From assembly GCA_028353405.1 (NCBI GenBank), contig JAOMOG010000006.1, positions 8,566-72,565 on the forward strand: DNA of 64,000 nt, given 5' to 3'. Made by a program: the position numbers and the translations under genes. Under the pieces are notes generated by a model. It worked only from the letters and a program-made list of their open reading frames with translations, had not been told where the DNA came from and did not search any database. This document shows positions 18,594 through 28,134 of the stretch, one piece after another. Positions within the stretch are counted from its first letter, which is position 1. Each line of letters begins with the position of its first letter. The stretch comes from Candidatus Poseidoniaceae archaeon (GTDB lineage: Archaea > Thermoplasmatota > Poseidoniia > Poseidoniales > Poseidoniaceae).

Positions 18594-19231
18594 TGCAACC
18601 ACAAGCGGTTGACATCCCTTGCCCTGTATGTTCTATAGAAGGTGAGGTAAACATGATTGCCCACATTGATGAGATCCCATATTTCGGAGAACACACACAA
18701 GTAACCGTTCTTTGCAATGCTTGTGGGTGGAGGCAAACCGACTTTATCCCCGCTGAAGGAAAGAAATCTGGTGCTTGGAAACTCGTCATCGATAGCCCAG
18801 AAAAATTATTGGCCAGAGTTATTCGTTCATCTTCGTGTACAGTAAGAGTCGATGAATTAGACCTAGTTGTCAACCCTGGTAGTAATTCAACTGGTTATGT
18901 CTCAAATGTCGAAGGTGTTCTAAATCGCTTTGTTGATGTCATTAAGATGGTTTTGCGTGATGTTCAAAACGAAGCTTTACAACATGCAGCAGAAGAGATT
19001 GAGAAGGGTCTTGAAGATACCATGGAAGCAATTGATAAATTGGAGAAAATGTTAGCTACAATCGAATCGATGAAAGAAGAAGGTTCAACTCCGATCACCT
19101 TAGAATTACTTGACCCTAATGGTCATTCAATGATTATTCATGAAGATTCAGTTGAAAGAGAGTTGAATGATGAAGAATTAGCCGAACTACCCGTTGGACC
19201 AGATCCACCAGTAATGTCTACCGATGAATAG
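18590..19231 (+). CDS. ZPR1-type zinc-finger protein
   Basis: Contains CPVC...(about 35 aa)...CNACGWRQTD followed by a ZPR1-like beta domain (VIRSSSCTVRVDELDL). Its start overlaps the stop of the upstream gene (ATGA). Confidence 0.75.
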   Translation: MMQPQAVDIPCPVCSIEGEVNMIAHIDEIPYFGEHTQVTVLCNACGWRQTDFIPAEGKKSGAWKLVIDSPEKLLARVIRSSSCTVRVDELDLVVNPGSNSTGYVSNVEGVLNRFVDVIKMVLRDVQNEALQHAAEEIEKGLEDTMEAIDKLEKMLATIESMKEEGSTPITLELLDPNGHSMIIHEDSVERELNDEELAELPVGPDPPVMSTDE

Positions 19232-19232
19232 T

Positions 19233-20621
19233 TCACCTAGCGTCAGAAGCAAGGAAGTCTTTGACCAAATGAGCAGTTTGGTCTCTCATCTCATGCAGAT
19301 TACCGAGCCATGATGTTGCTCTTTCTATGCACAGTTGTTTCATTTCACCAGCCAATAGTTTACCAGCACGATAATCAGCATTTATTTCTTCTAAATATGA
19401 ATCATCATCTTCAAAGAAATACATCATATATTGGTAAGCAACATCAATATCTGGATTTCCTCCAAGCCTTCTATGCTCTTCGATGGTGGTTTGGCCACCT
19501 GAAAATGCTCTCTTAATTTTCTTCTCTACCGTAGCCAAATCATCTTTCAAGAATAAAGTTGTTTTCGGCTGACTGCTACTCATTTTATCGCCAGTTAAGC
19601 CAACAGCAAAGTGATGGTAGGTTGAGGAAGGAGCAAGCAATCCCATCCCACCTAATTTGCGTTCATAATTGAGTAAGGCCATTCTGATATTTCTTTTATC
19701 ACTTTGAGTAGCACCAGGGACATGGACTGTCCCTTGTTTAGGACTTGACATAATATCTGAAAATCCAAGATTTTTAAGGCAGTTCACTATCCCATCAAAA
19801 ATCTCTTTTAATCTGTCTTTATCCATTCTACCATTAGGTAATTGTCCGAGTATTGCTGCGTTTTCTTCTTGAACTGACAAGCCTATCAACAAACCAATCT
19901 TGGCATCATTGACATTGAACCAATTTGTTTTCGCAGCTAGACCCCTAGTTAAACGAAGATGCGGGTCCTGATCTACTCCAACTGGAACTACTATTGGCCG
20001 CAACCCCCCATATTCATCAGTTTGGGGATGCAAAATATCTCCTACCTGAACCAAAGGTGCTTGGACGTGGGCAAGATTGGTCTCTCCATTGAATCCATAG
20101 ATTGATTCCAATTCATTTAGGTTAGTTCTCTTTCCAAGTTGGAAACCCATACGTTGAACGATTGGACGAGATGATTGAAAGTACACATTTGTTTTCTCAG
20201 GGTCCAAACCCAAAGCAGCATAATTCGCAATGTACTCCGCTAATGCGGTTTCTCTACCTTTGCTAATTGAAACTCCACGTGTTGCTTGACTTTCTAAATC
20301 GGCAACAGCAATAGTGACATCTCCTCCATTTTGTTGAAACCATTTGACTTGGTCAATAACCATTGAATGACCCATATGCATCTGTCCACTCGGCATTAAT
20401 CCAGTCAAAACACCAAATGGGTCACCGGTTTTTTGAGCATCTAAGATCATCTCCAAATCACGATGTGCGAAAACTATCCCTCTGCGATGAAGGCGTGAAG
20501 GTGATGGCATCTCAATCGAATCCATAGAAGATAATCCAAACTGATCAATTATTCTACTGTAATCAGTAGATTGAGCACTACTCCATGGGTCGATAACTAA
20601 ATCTTCGCTACCCATATTCAT
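19233..20621 (-). CDS. trpS: Tryptophan--tRNA ligase (archaeal/eukaryotic type) with an internal insertion
   Basis: Has N-terminal IDPWSS..DYSRIIDQFG, the HIGH-type block PSGQMHMGH, and KMSSS. At 462 aa it is long for this family. Confidence 0.85.
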   Translation of the reverse strand: MNMGSEDLVIDPWSSAQSTDYSRIIDQFGLSSMDSIEMPSPSRLHRRGIVFAHRDLEMILDAQKTGDPFGVLTGLMPSGQMHMGHSMVIDQVKWFQQNGGDVTIAVADLESQATRGVSISKGRETALAEYIANYAALGLDPEKTNVYFQSSRPIVQRMGFQLGKRTNLNELESIYGFNGETNLAHVQAPLVQVGDILHPQTDEYGGLRPIVVPVGVDQDPHLRLTRGLAAKTNWFNVNDAKIGLLIGLSVQEENAAILGQLPNGRMDKDRLKEIFDGIVNCLKNLGFSDIMSSPKQGTVHVPGATQSDKRNIRMALLNYERKLGGMGLLAPSSTYHHFAVGLTGDKMSSSQPKTTLFLKDDLATVEKKIKRAFSGGQTTIEEHRRLGGNPDIDVAYQYMMYFFEDDDSYLEEINADYRAGKLLAGEMKQLCIERATSWLGNLHEMRDQTAHLVKDFLASDAR

Positions 20622-20695
20622 TGCCTCTATATCGCTGGCGGTATCAATTAGGCATCAAGGCTTCGCCTTAAGAGGGATTAAATCTACCCTTTTCT

Positions 20696-21928
20696 CTAAC
20701 TCTCTTTTTTGGCCAATAGACCCATTCCTTCTCTCTTTAACAGATACAGCATACCCATTATTGATGAAGAAGTGATGAGGATAACTGCAATTGGCATCCA
20801 TGCTGAATAACCATCTGCTAGTCTTGGTTCTACTAGCCAAGTGAATTTTATTGAACTATAGTCGGTAAATCCCTTGGACCATAAGAACAAATCAGAGGTG
20901 TGATGGGATGCGATTGTCACTGCAGCAGAGTGGTTATTCCAAAATTGTGAACGCCCCATAATATCATGGTAATCTGTCTCTTGTGCAAGAATAATCTCTA
21001 CTTGGTGACCATTCATTACTGAAAGATGAAGGTATTCTCCACTGATTTGAAACCAACCTTCAGCACTATTTCTAGCACCAGCAATATTTGAAAGATTATA
21101 ATCACCTAACTCGGAATTGATTATTCTTACTTCTGAAACATCAATTCCATCTAAATCAATCTTCCATGTGATTGGAACATTCCAAGCCTCAGGTGCAGCT
21201 GCTTTACATTGATCAGTTAGTAGTGATTCGAAATATAGAATAGTTTGATTATCATTTTGTGCTAACTCATCTGAAAATTCATAACATCTATCCACTGTCC
21301 AATAAGACCAACTCTCTCCCCAAGTAGTAAGCCATGCATCAGCATCATCATTGAGGTAATTAGCGATGTCACGGTCATAGCGAATACTAGCACCATCCAT
21401 CCTTCCAACCCAATACAAATTGACTAAACCACCTTCCTCTACAGCACTCTTGACTTCATCAAGCGAGCCGATTGTCTGCTCTAAACTTCCACCCCGACGG
21501 CCGAGATTGTACCAGTCCCAAATGTCGTTAGGTACGTCTTGTGAATCATGCCAAGCAGTTTCCTCTAATCCATTATTATCACCATGAACAACTAATCCTT
21601 GTCGGGCCATAATCTCATGCTGAGCCATTGTTAAGCTCGATGGTGAATAAGTTGAGATGGTATTATTTCCCCATTTACTAGCACTAATTTTACTTTCAAT
21701 GTATTCTCTGCATTCAATCGCCATAGCACCAGGATCTAGATTCCATGACAAATGTAGCATTTGGTAACACCCAAATTCATCACCACTTTCCAACTTATCA
21801 GTAGCGAGGGAAGTGGTTAGCCACCCATCATCTTCCCATTCCAGTTCTGCTAATACAGGTGGACTCCAAGTTACACTAATTAGTGTACCAAGAACGAGTA
21901 TAGTGAGGAGTCTGGAGCCACTGGACAT
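20696..21928 (-). CDS. Secreted, C-terminally membrane-anchored protein, hypothetical
   Basis: Has a signal-like N-terminus (LLTILVLGTLISV), a Trp/Asp-rich ectodomain and a C-terminal TM helix (WMPIAVILITSSSIMGMLYLL). Confidence 0.6.
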   Translation of the reverse strand: MSSGSRLLTILVLGTLISVTWSPPVLAELEWEDDGWLTTSLATDKLESGDEFGCYQMLHLSWNLDPGAMAIECREYIESKISASKWGNNTISTYSPSSLTMAQHEIMARQGLVVHGDNNGLEETAWHDSQDVPNDIWDWYNLGRRGGSLEQTIGSLDEVKSAVEEGGLVNLYWVGRMDGASIRYDRDIANYLNDDADAWLTTWGESWSYWTVDRCYEFSDELAQNDNQTILYFESLLTDQCKAAAPEAWNVPITWKIDLDGIDVSEVRIINSELGDYNLSNIAGARNSAEGWFQISGEYLHLSVMNGHQVEIILAQETDYHDIMGRSQFWNNHSAAVTIASHHTSDLFLWSKGFTDYSSIKFTWLVEPRLADGYSAWMPIAVILITSSSIMGMLYLLKREGMGLLAKKES

Positions 21929-22063
21929 AAGATTCCCTTGCCCAGTGCTTGAACCACCCCCTCTTCATCATTTGCACTCACCATCATCCGTATGCATCAC
22001 AAATGAGGTTACTATTAACGAATTAAAGGTAACACTCAAAGGCAAAAAGCGAGAGGCAACTCT

Positions 22064-22849
22064 ATGCAACCGGACACCCATCTAGTTCAAGCGTGGGAAA
22101 GTATGCACCGGCATTGGATTATTAATCCAACGAGAAAAGGGATGCCTTCAACACCAATATACAGTTTCCTAAGGTTGATTATTCCGCCAACTATCCGCCC
22201 TTTTTTACGCTTAAAGATTCGCGGTTCGCATAATATTCCACGCAAAGGAGCAACTATTCTTGCTGCCAATCACCTTTCCCATGTGGACCCAATATTGGTG
22301 ATTGCCAGTTCAAGAAGGACGACTCATTACCTAGCAAAGGATGGACATTTCGATAACCCACTATTACGCTCTGTAATGCACTCTACTGGACAAATTGAAA
22401 CCCAACGAGAAGTCGGTGCCAATGATGCTTTAGCAAGTGCTGCGGACATATTGGTGGCTGGAAGAGCACTAGGAATATTCCCGGAAGGTACTCGCTCAAA
22501 GCGCACTGATGCGCCATTCCTATTGCCAGGTAAAACCGGAGTTGCTAGATTAGCAGCTTCCTATCCAACTTCAGTGGTAGTTCCAATCGCTTTAATCGGA
22601 ACCCGACAATGTATGCAACCGCAAACTCATAAATTCCCACGCCTGTGGAAAAAATTGAATTTTAATGCGGGTGAAGGAATTACTTGGCTGCAATGGTTAG
22701 CAGATCCTGCTGGTGGAGATATGGATGCTGAATCACTGAATGCCATCGCTCAGGGTGAAGATCATGAGATTAGAGCCGCATTATCCAAACTATATCGTAA
22801 ATTTACCGACCAATTAATGGGCTCAATTAGTGCTCTTGGAGCTCCGTAA
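22064..22849 (+). CDS. plsC: 1-acyl-sn-glycerol-3-phosphate acyltransferase family (PlsC/AGPAT)
   Basis: Contains the HX4D motif (ANHLSHVDP), FPEGTRS and a distal PIALIG block. Confidence 0.8.
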   Translation: MQPDTHLVQAWESMHRHWIINPTRKGMPSTPIYSFLRLIIPPTIRPFLRLKIRGSHNIPRKGATILAANHLSHVDPILVIASSRRTTHYLAKDGHFDNPLLRSVMHSTGQIETQREVGANDALASAADILVAGRALGIFPEGTRSKRTDAPFLLPGKTGVARLAASYPTSVVVPIALIGTRQCMQPQTHKFPRLWKKLNFNAGEGITWLQWLADPAGGDMDAESLNAIAQGEDHEIRAALSKLYRKFTDQLMGSISALGAP

Positions 22850-22941
22850 AAACGATAGCCTAATCTTCGTTTCTGTATGCGCCTCTGTCGGAACGCTACG
22901 CAAGCGATGTGTTTAAGATTAAATTGTGCAGTGGAGTGGAT

Positions 22942-23499
22942 ATGGACCTCGATACAGCAGCGGCATGGGCGGAAGTTTTTGGATTAGTAACAATTCTTGG
23001 TGCTGCAATCTATTCATGGTTCCAAATCAAAGAACTACGTCGTTCAAGAGATAGCACGACTGCAATGAGCCTAGCAGCGAACTTTCAAAGTGAGGATTTC
23101 GTTGTTGGCCTTACGGCGATTATGAACATGGATTTTGATGAAAGCAAGTTTGAAGAAGGAAACGAACAAGAAAATTTCAAGGCTTTCCGCACCCATTTTG
23201 GAGATGATTGGCCTAAAGTGATGACCGTCCTAACAACATGGGAAAGCAACGGCGTCCTCATCCATCGTGGAGATATGGATTTTCATGCGTTCTATGATCT
23301 CTTTTCCGGGGTTATCATCAAGGCCTATGAGTCATTTTCGTTCTATTTTGAACCCATCCGCGAGTCGGAGAATGACAAGAATATGGAGTGGCTTATTTGG
23401 CTCGCAGACCGTATTATTGAATATGAGAAAGAGGGTTCAGGGACGCCTCCTGCACACATTGCTTTCAAGGATTGGAAGCCTCCGAAGCGTACTGATTGA
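22942..23499 (+). CDS. Hypothetical protein with an N-terminal TM helix
   Basis: One TM helix (FGLVTILGAAIYSWF) is followed by a helical soluble domain. I recognise no family. Confidence 0.45.
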   Translation: MDLDTAAAWAEVFGLVTILGAAIYSWFQIKELRRSRDSTTAMSLAANFQSEDFVVGLTAIMNMDFDESKFEEGNEQENFKAFRTHFGDDWPKVMTVLTTWESNGVLIHRGDMDFHAFYDLFSGVIIKAYESFSFYFEPIRESENDKNMEWLIWLADRIIEYEKEGSGTPPAHIAFKDWKPPKRTD

Positions 23500-23650
23500 C
23501 CCGTTCACGTAAACTCCTGTGCACCAATGGGTGAGCAAACGGTACCCATGCCAGATTTCTCAAAAAGATTGACATCTATCAATACTTGATAAATTGTAGC
23601 GTGCATATAGTTCTGTGAGAGAAGTTGACACTGCGATTGGCATCTTGGCA

Positions 23651-24337
23651 ATGCCCAAGGAACTACCACAAGAAAAAGTTGATGCGGAGATTAAGGGAAT
23701 CAATTTATTCAAAGAGATACTCTATTCTTCAACACTCTGGAAAATAAATGATGCTATTGCAAGACGACCCATTATCCACTGCCGCGTTGGAGAATTAATA
23801 ATAAAATTAGATCCTTTTCAGACAATAAGAAATTCATATTTCAACAATGATTTTCACTTTGTTTTGAAAATCAATGGCCGTAAAATATGCGTTATAGAGT
23901 CACATAATTCAGACACAGCCATTATTGACCCTTTAATCAGTTTATTACTTCTTGGAGAAGCAGGCTGGCCAGTAAAATCAACCCCTGTAACGATGGAGGA
24001 AGTCTCTATTGAGCAGCAAATTATTAATCGTAACTTGAGACTTGATCATAAAAGGGAATCAAAAAGACTTTCTTTTACAGTAGAAAACAAAAAGGATTTA
24101 CTCAATGCTGTAAGTGAAATTGAGAATGGAAACTCATGGGAAGGTTTAGCTGAAATAATGCAAATTGCAAGAACAAAATTTGTTTGCGCGATGTGGTCAA
24201 TGAATTATGTCCTGAATGAAATTAAGCCTTTTATCGATTCCTGCAATGAGCAACAAATCGCTCAATATATTGAAAATCCGTTTGAGTCTACAGACCGTAT
24301 ATTCTTAGAAAAAATACTACTTATTTCGAATGTTTGA
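23651..24337 (+). CDS. Hypothetical protein (AT-rich orphan)
   Basis: An uninterrupted ORF with no recognisable motifs. It looks more AT-rich than its neighbours. Confidence 0.4.
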   Translation: MPKELPQEKVDAEIKGINLFKEILYSSTLWKINDAIARRPIIHCRVGELIIKLDPFQTIRNSYFNNDFHFVLKINGRKICVIESHNSDTAIIDPLISLLLLGEAGWPVKSTPVTMEEVSIEQQIINRNLRLDHKRESKRLSFTVENKKDLLNAVSEIENGNSWEGLAEIMQIARTKFVCAMWSMNYVLNEIKPFIDSCNEQQIAQYIENPFESTDRIFLEKILLISNV

Positions 24338-24386
24338 ATTGGTAATCCTCAAGTGCTGCCAACGCTGGCTTTGAAACGGTGATAGT

Positions 24387-25181
24387 ATGCAGACCTACCT
24401 AGACCTCATCCAAACTATCCTCGACAAGGGTGAAGACAAAGGCGACCGCACTGGTACAGGGACAAAATCTGTATTCGGTCACCAGATGAGATTTGATTTG
24501 TCTGAAGGTTTTCCAATGGTGACAACAAAGAAACTTCATTTGAAATCTATTGTCTATGAATTACTGTGGTTTCTAAAAGGAGATACCAATGTCAAATATT
24601 TACAAGAAAATGGAGTTCGTATTTGGAATGAATGGGCTGATGATAACGGCGACTTAGGACCTGTTTACGGTAAACAATGGCGCCAATGGGAAGCAAAAGA
24701 TGGCACAGTAATTGATCAAGTTACTGAAGCTGTTGAAATGATAAAAAATAATCCTAACTCACGTAGAATCATTGTATCGGCGTGGAATGTCGGTGAATTA
24801 AACGAAATGGCTTTGATGCCTTGCCATGCTCTTTTCCAATTCCATGTGGCAAATGGTAAACTAAATTGTCAACTTTATCAAAGAAGCGCTGATGTATTTC
24901 TAGGAGTTCCTTTCAATATCGCTTCCTATGCACTTTTGACCCATATGATGGCTCAAGTATGCGGCCTTCAAGCAGGAACATTTGTTCACACTCTTGGAGA
25001 TGCGCATTTGTACAATAATCACCTTGAACAAGCTAATTTACAAATTAGCCGCAAACCATTGCAATTGCCTAAATTGAAATTAAACCCTGACATTATGCAA
25101 ATCGATCAATTTAATTTTGATGATATTGAAATAATTGGATATGAGCACCACGAACATATCAAGGCCCCAATTGCAATTTGA
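24387..25181 (+). CDS. thyA: Thymidylate synthase (ThyA)
   Basis: Contains [28 protein letters not shown] and the catalytic Cys block [13 protein letters not shown]. The 264-aa length matches E. coli-type ThyA. Confidence 0.95.
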   Translation: MQTYLDLIQTILDKGEDKGDRTGTGTKSVFGHQMRFDLSEGFPMVTTKKLHLKSIVYELLWFLKGDTNVKYLQENGVRIWNEWADDNGDLGPVYGKQWRQWEAKDGTVIDQVTEAVEMIKNNPNSRRIIVSAWNVGELNEMALMPCHALFQFHVANGKLNCQLYQRSADVFLGVPFNIASYALLTHMMAQVCGLQAGTFVHTLGDAHLYNNHLEQANLQISRKPLQLPKLKLNPDIMQIDQFNFDDIEIIGYEHHEHIKAPIAI

Positions 25182-25190
25182 GGGATATTT

Positions 25191-25661
25191 ATGCTGACAA
25201 TGATATATGCATGCGACACCAATGGGGCTATTGGAAAAGATGGAGATTTGCCATGGAAGCAATCTTCTGATCTGCAACACTTCAAACGCATAACCATTCG
25301 AAAAACGGTGGTTATGGGTCGGAAAACATGGGATAGTTTACCATCTGGGGGATTACCGAATCGAAGAAACATTGTGATGTCAAGAACTCCACGTCAAGAT
25401 GTTGAAGTGATGAGTTTTGAGCAAATTCTAGAACTATCACAGAATGAAGAACTGATCATTATCGGTGGTGGAGAAATTTATTCATTGTTTTTGCCTCATT
25501 GTAAGGAAATACACAGAACAATCATCCACACCGAAGTTGAAGGTGCTGATACTTTTGCACCTGATATCTCTGAACTTGGATTTTACTTAATCGGAGAGAA
25601 TCATCAATCACCTGGACCGAAAGACCAACATTCTATGACTTTTCAACACCTTATATGTTGA
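25191..25661 (+). CDS. folA: Dihydrofolate reductase
   Basis: Contains NGAIGKDGDLPW, VVMGRKTWDSLP, PNRRNIVMSR and IIGGGEIY. It starts 9 nt after thyA, with a GAGG-like motif before the ATG. Confidence 0.9.
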   Translation: MLTMIYACDTNGAIGKDGDLPWKQSSDLQHFKRITIRKTVVMGRKTWDSLPSGGLPNRRNIVMSRTPRQDVEVMSFEQILELSQNEELIIIGGGEIYSLFLPHCKEIHRTIIHTEVEGADTFAPDISELGFYLIGENHQSPGPKDQHSMTFQHLIC

Positions 25662-25687
25662 TAGTTAATAAAAACTTACTTACACTA

Positions 25688-26056
25688 CTAGTCGGCTTTA
25701 TATTCAGTAACTCTAATTCCAAGACGGCCAGTTAGTGCCTCTCTTTTCATTATCCTTTGATACTTCTTTTCGAAGGCTGATTTTAAATCAATATCCATTG
25801 CAATTGAATGTCCCATCAATAAAATCAATATGTCCGCCATCTCTTCAGCACACTCTTCTATTGGCTTACCCTTAGTAATTGCAGCGGATAATTCTCCAAG
25901 TTCCTCAACGGTTAGAGCAATCCTATATCCCATATCATGTCCATTCTTATTAGCAAAATCATGTTTATGATGGAAGGCCGCAACCCTCTTCATCATCTCT
26001 TCCCACTCATCACTAGCTTGATGATTCATCCATTTGTCAACACTTGCTGCAGTCAT
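25688..26056 (-). CDS. MazG-like nucleotide pyrophosphohydrolase
   Basis: Contains the EExxE/D pattern of the all-alpha NTP-PPase fold (TVEELGELSAAI, EECAEEMADILILL). Confidence 0.7.
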   Translation of the reverse strand: MTAASVDKWMNHQASDEWEEMMKRVAAFHHKHDFANKNGHDMGYRIALTVEELGELSAAITKGKPIEECAEEMADILILLMGHSIAMDIDLKSAFEKKYQRIMKREALTGRLGIRVTEYKAD

Positions 26057-26083
26057 TGACCAGACGTTGTCATGGGCAGGGCA

Positions 26084-26875
26084 TCAACCTTGCGACAATA
26101 GATCTATGACACACTGCCACACTGGTGCTAATCTTTTGTTGGCCTCTGCAGATACTGAAAGATGTGATAGGTCTGCTGCGTCATCCCCTGGCTCTCTACC
26201 GGCTGCCCAATTTGATGAAATGCAGACTGCTGCATAAGGAATTTCTAATTCTCTAGCTAACTTTGCTTCACGCGGCATGGTCATTCCAACCATATCTCCA
26301 CCAAGTTTCTCAATTGCGTTTACTTCAGCACGTGTTTCAAATTGTGGTCCGTGTGCTAACCAATAGGTATAGTGTAATCTTTCAGAATTAGAAAACGATT
26401 GTCCTCCACGTAAACTATTCAGCAATATCTCATTCAATTCACTACTGAATGGTTCAGTTACTGATGTGAAGGTTGCATCTTCATGATGGAAGGTACTTGC
26501 AACACCTGTGAAATCAATATATTGGTCTGCAAGAGCAACCTTTCCAGGTGGGAAATCAGCTGAAATAGCTCCAACTGAGCATACTGCCATTATCGCTTCA
26601 CAACCACTGTCAACTAAAGCGCTGATATTTGCTCTGTGTTCGATCATGTGCGGAGGTTTACTTGCATTACCTTGATTGTGGTGGCGTTGTAAGAAAATTA
26701 ATTCTTTCTCTACATCACCGCTGCTAAGCCTCAAACAAGTTAGAGGCACAGTGCCCCAATTTGTATCGACTACGAGGTCATCTCTTCGTTCTAAAGTCAG
26801 TCCTGCATCGGTTAATTGTTGACCAAATGTCATTTCAATTAGGCCGGTGCCTCCGATAACTGCTAACCTCTGCAT
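26084..26875 (-). CDS. mtnP: S-methyl-5'-thioadenosine / purine nucleoside phosphorylase (PNP/MTAP family)
   Basis: Contains AVIGGTGL, FLQRHH, GPQFETRAE and GGDMVGMTMPREAKLARE. Confidence 0.85.
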   Translation of the reverse strand: MQRLAVIGGTGLIEMTFGQQLTDAGLTLERRDDLVVDTNWGTVPLTCLRLSSGDVEKELIFLQRHHNQGNASKPPHMIEHRANISALVDSGCEAIMAVCSVGAISADFPPGKVALADQYIDFTGVASTFHHEDATFTSVTEPFSSELNEILLNSLRGGQSFSNSERLHYTYWLAHGPQFETRAEVNAIEKLGGDMVGMTMPREAKLARELEIPYAAVCISSNWAAGREPGDDAADLSHLSVSAEANKRLAPVWQCVIDLLSQG

Positions 26876-26971
26876 AGTATTCGCCTATCGTCCTACATTG
26901 TCAAACCTACGGCTCAACAACATCGTGGACCTTGCTTTCGCAGGCATTCAAAGAGAACGGTTCTCAAGAAA

Positions 26972-27982
26972 TCATTCGTTAAGACGAGCGATTAAATCAG
27001 CCTTCTTTCCAGAGACAGGTTTTCCTGCAGCCTTCAACAGTTCCTTCAGTTCTGCAACTGTCATTGAACTATGGTCAACGCTTGGAGCCGCCTTCTTAGC
27101 AGGTGCTTTTTCTGCAACTTCCTCTTCGGCTGGAGCTTCTTCAGCAACTTCCTCTTCAGCTGGTGCTTCTTTAGCAGGTACTTTCTCAGATTCAGGTTCC
27201 ATTGCTTCTGCTGCATCTAGAATAGATGGTGCGTCTGCAACTTCTTCCTCTTCTTCTCCGTCCATTGCTGCAGCCATTGCTGCAGCCTTCTTGGCCTTTA
27301 ATTCAGCATCTTGACGAGATTCATCTGCATGGATGTCGTCTAAAGTCGGTCCCTTATCGTTAGAAACACCTTCTTGTAGAAGTTGGCTCTTATGAATTGC
27401 CACTGACTTAACTGGGTAAATTGGCTTAACTGCGTTGAGGATTTCTCCTTCTAATTCGCCACCAAGAATTGATTCTTGTATTTTGGAGAAAGTATTCTTC
27501 GATGCATATGCACGAATAACTTCAGCTGCTTTTGAACGCATTGCTTGCTTTACTGAAGTTTGAACACGCTTTTGAGTAATAATCAAAGGCTTCAAACGAA
27601 CTAAGTAACCGTCAGTAGATACTACATCAACTACATCGTCAACCTTACCACGATAGCGGCGAATTTGACGGCGTGTGTGATCTGTTTGGTGATGATGACC
27701 GATGAATGTGGTCAATGCATCTCTGCCAACTACTTCAGTAACTCTGAATCGGAGAATAATATGCATTTTAGTAAAATCGCCATTGAATTCTTGCAATGTC
27801 ATCTCATAAATACGGCCCATAATGTGGTCGTCAGACTCACCGATTGTTTCTCCAATTTGCTTAAAGTCCCATGGATGACGAGGTGCACGAATAGTGTACC
27901 AGCGCTTCATCTTCCACTTATCACGTTGCTTACGTGCTGATGCACGTGCTCTTGCTGTTACTTTTTTGGCCATTGGATTCAC
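26972..27982 (-). CDS. rps3ae: Ribosomal protein eS1 (S3Ae) fused to an acidic repeat and a C-terminal SAP/HeH-like motif
   Basis: The N-terminal ~210 aa match S3Ae (KKVTARARASARKQRDKWKMKRWYTIRAP, IGE). They are followed by EAPAEEEVAE repeats and MTVAELKELLKAAGKPVSGKKADLIARLNE. Confidence 0.85.
   Translation of the reverse strand: MNPMAKKVTARARASARKQRDKWKMKRWYTIRAPRHPWDFKQIGETIGESDDHIMGRIYEMTLQEFNGDFTKMHIILRFRVTEVVGRDALTTFIGHHHQTDHTRRQIRRYRGKVDDVVDVVSTDGYLVRLKPLIITQKRVQTSVKQAMRSKAAEVIRAYASKNTFSKIQESILGGELEGEILNAVKPIYPVKSVAIHKSQLLQEGVSNDKGPTLDDIHADESRQDAELKAKKAAAMAAAMDGEEEEEVADAPSILDAAEAMEPESEKVPAKEAPAEEEVAEEAPAEEEVAEKAPAKKAAPSVDHSSMTVAELKELLKAAGKPVSGKKADLIARLNE
27114..27173. repeat. 2 x 30-nt tandem repeat inside rps3ae (encodes EAPAEEEVAE twice)
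   Basis: gcaacttcctcttcGgctggAgcttcttCa and gcaacttcctcttcAgctggTgcttcttTa lie head to tail. Confidence 0.85.
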
Positions 27983-28134
27983 TCTCGGTGTTGTCTTGCG
28001 GGGGCTACCCCACTTGCATTCTGCCGTCTAACCTCCCCTATATGAACAGCCCCCTCAATATTGGATAGTGAAAACGAATGATTGGACGCTTGTTTGGAGG
28101 TTAGTATCAAATCCTTCTCGCCTTACCCCCACCC

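Noticed and set aside
18311-18873. Two overlapping minus-strand ORFs (141 and 127 aa) across the sepF-like/ZPR1 junction
   Set aside because: They are antisense to two + strand genes with recognisable domains and an ATGA overlap. The translations are Cys/Ser/Pro-rich shadows.
26847-27314. 155-aa ORF antisense to the eS1 C-terminal extension
   Set aside because: It is a low-complexity Ala/Ser run produced by reading the acidic GAA/GCT-rich repeat backwards. The sense frame is continuous with a bona fide S3Ae domain.
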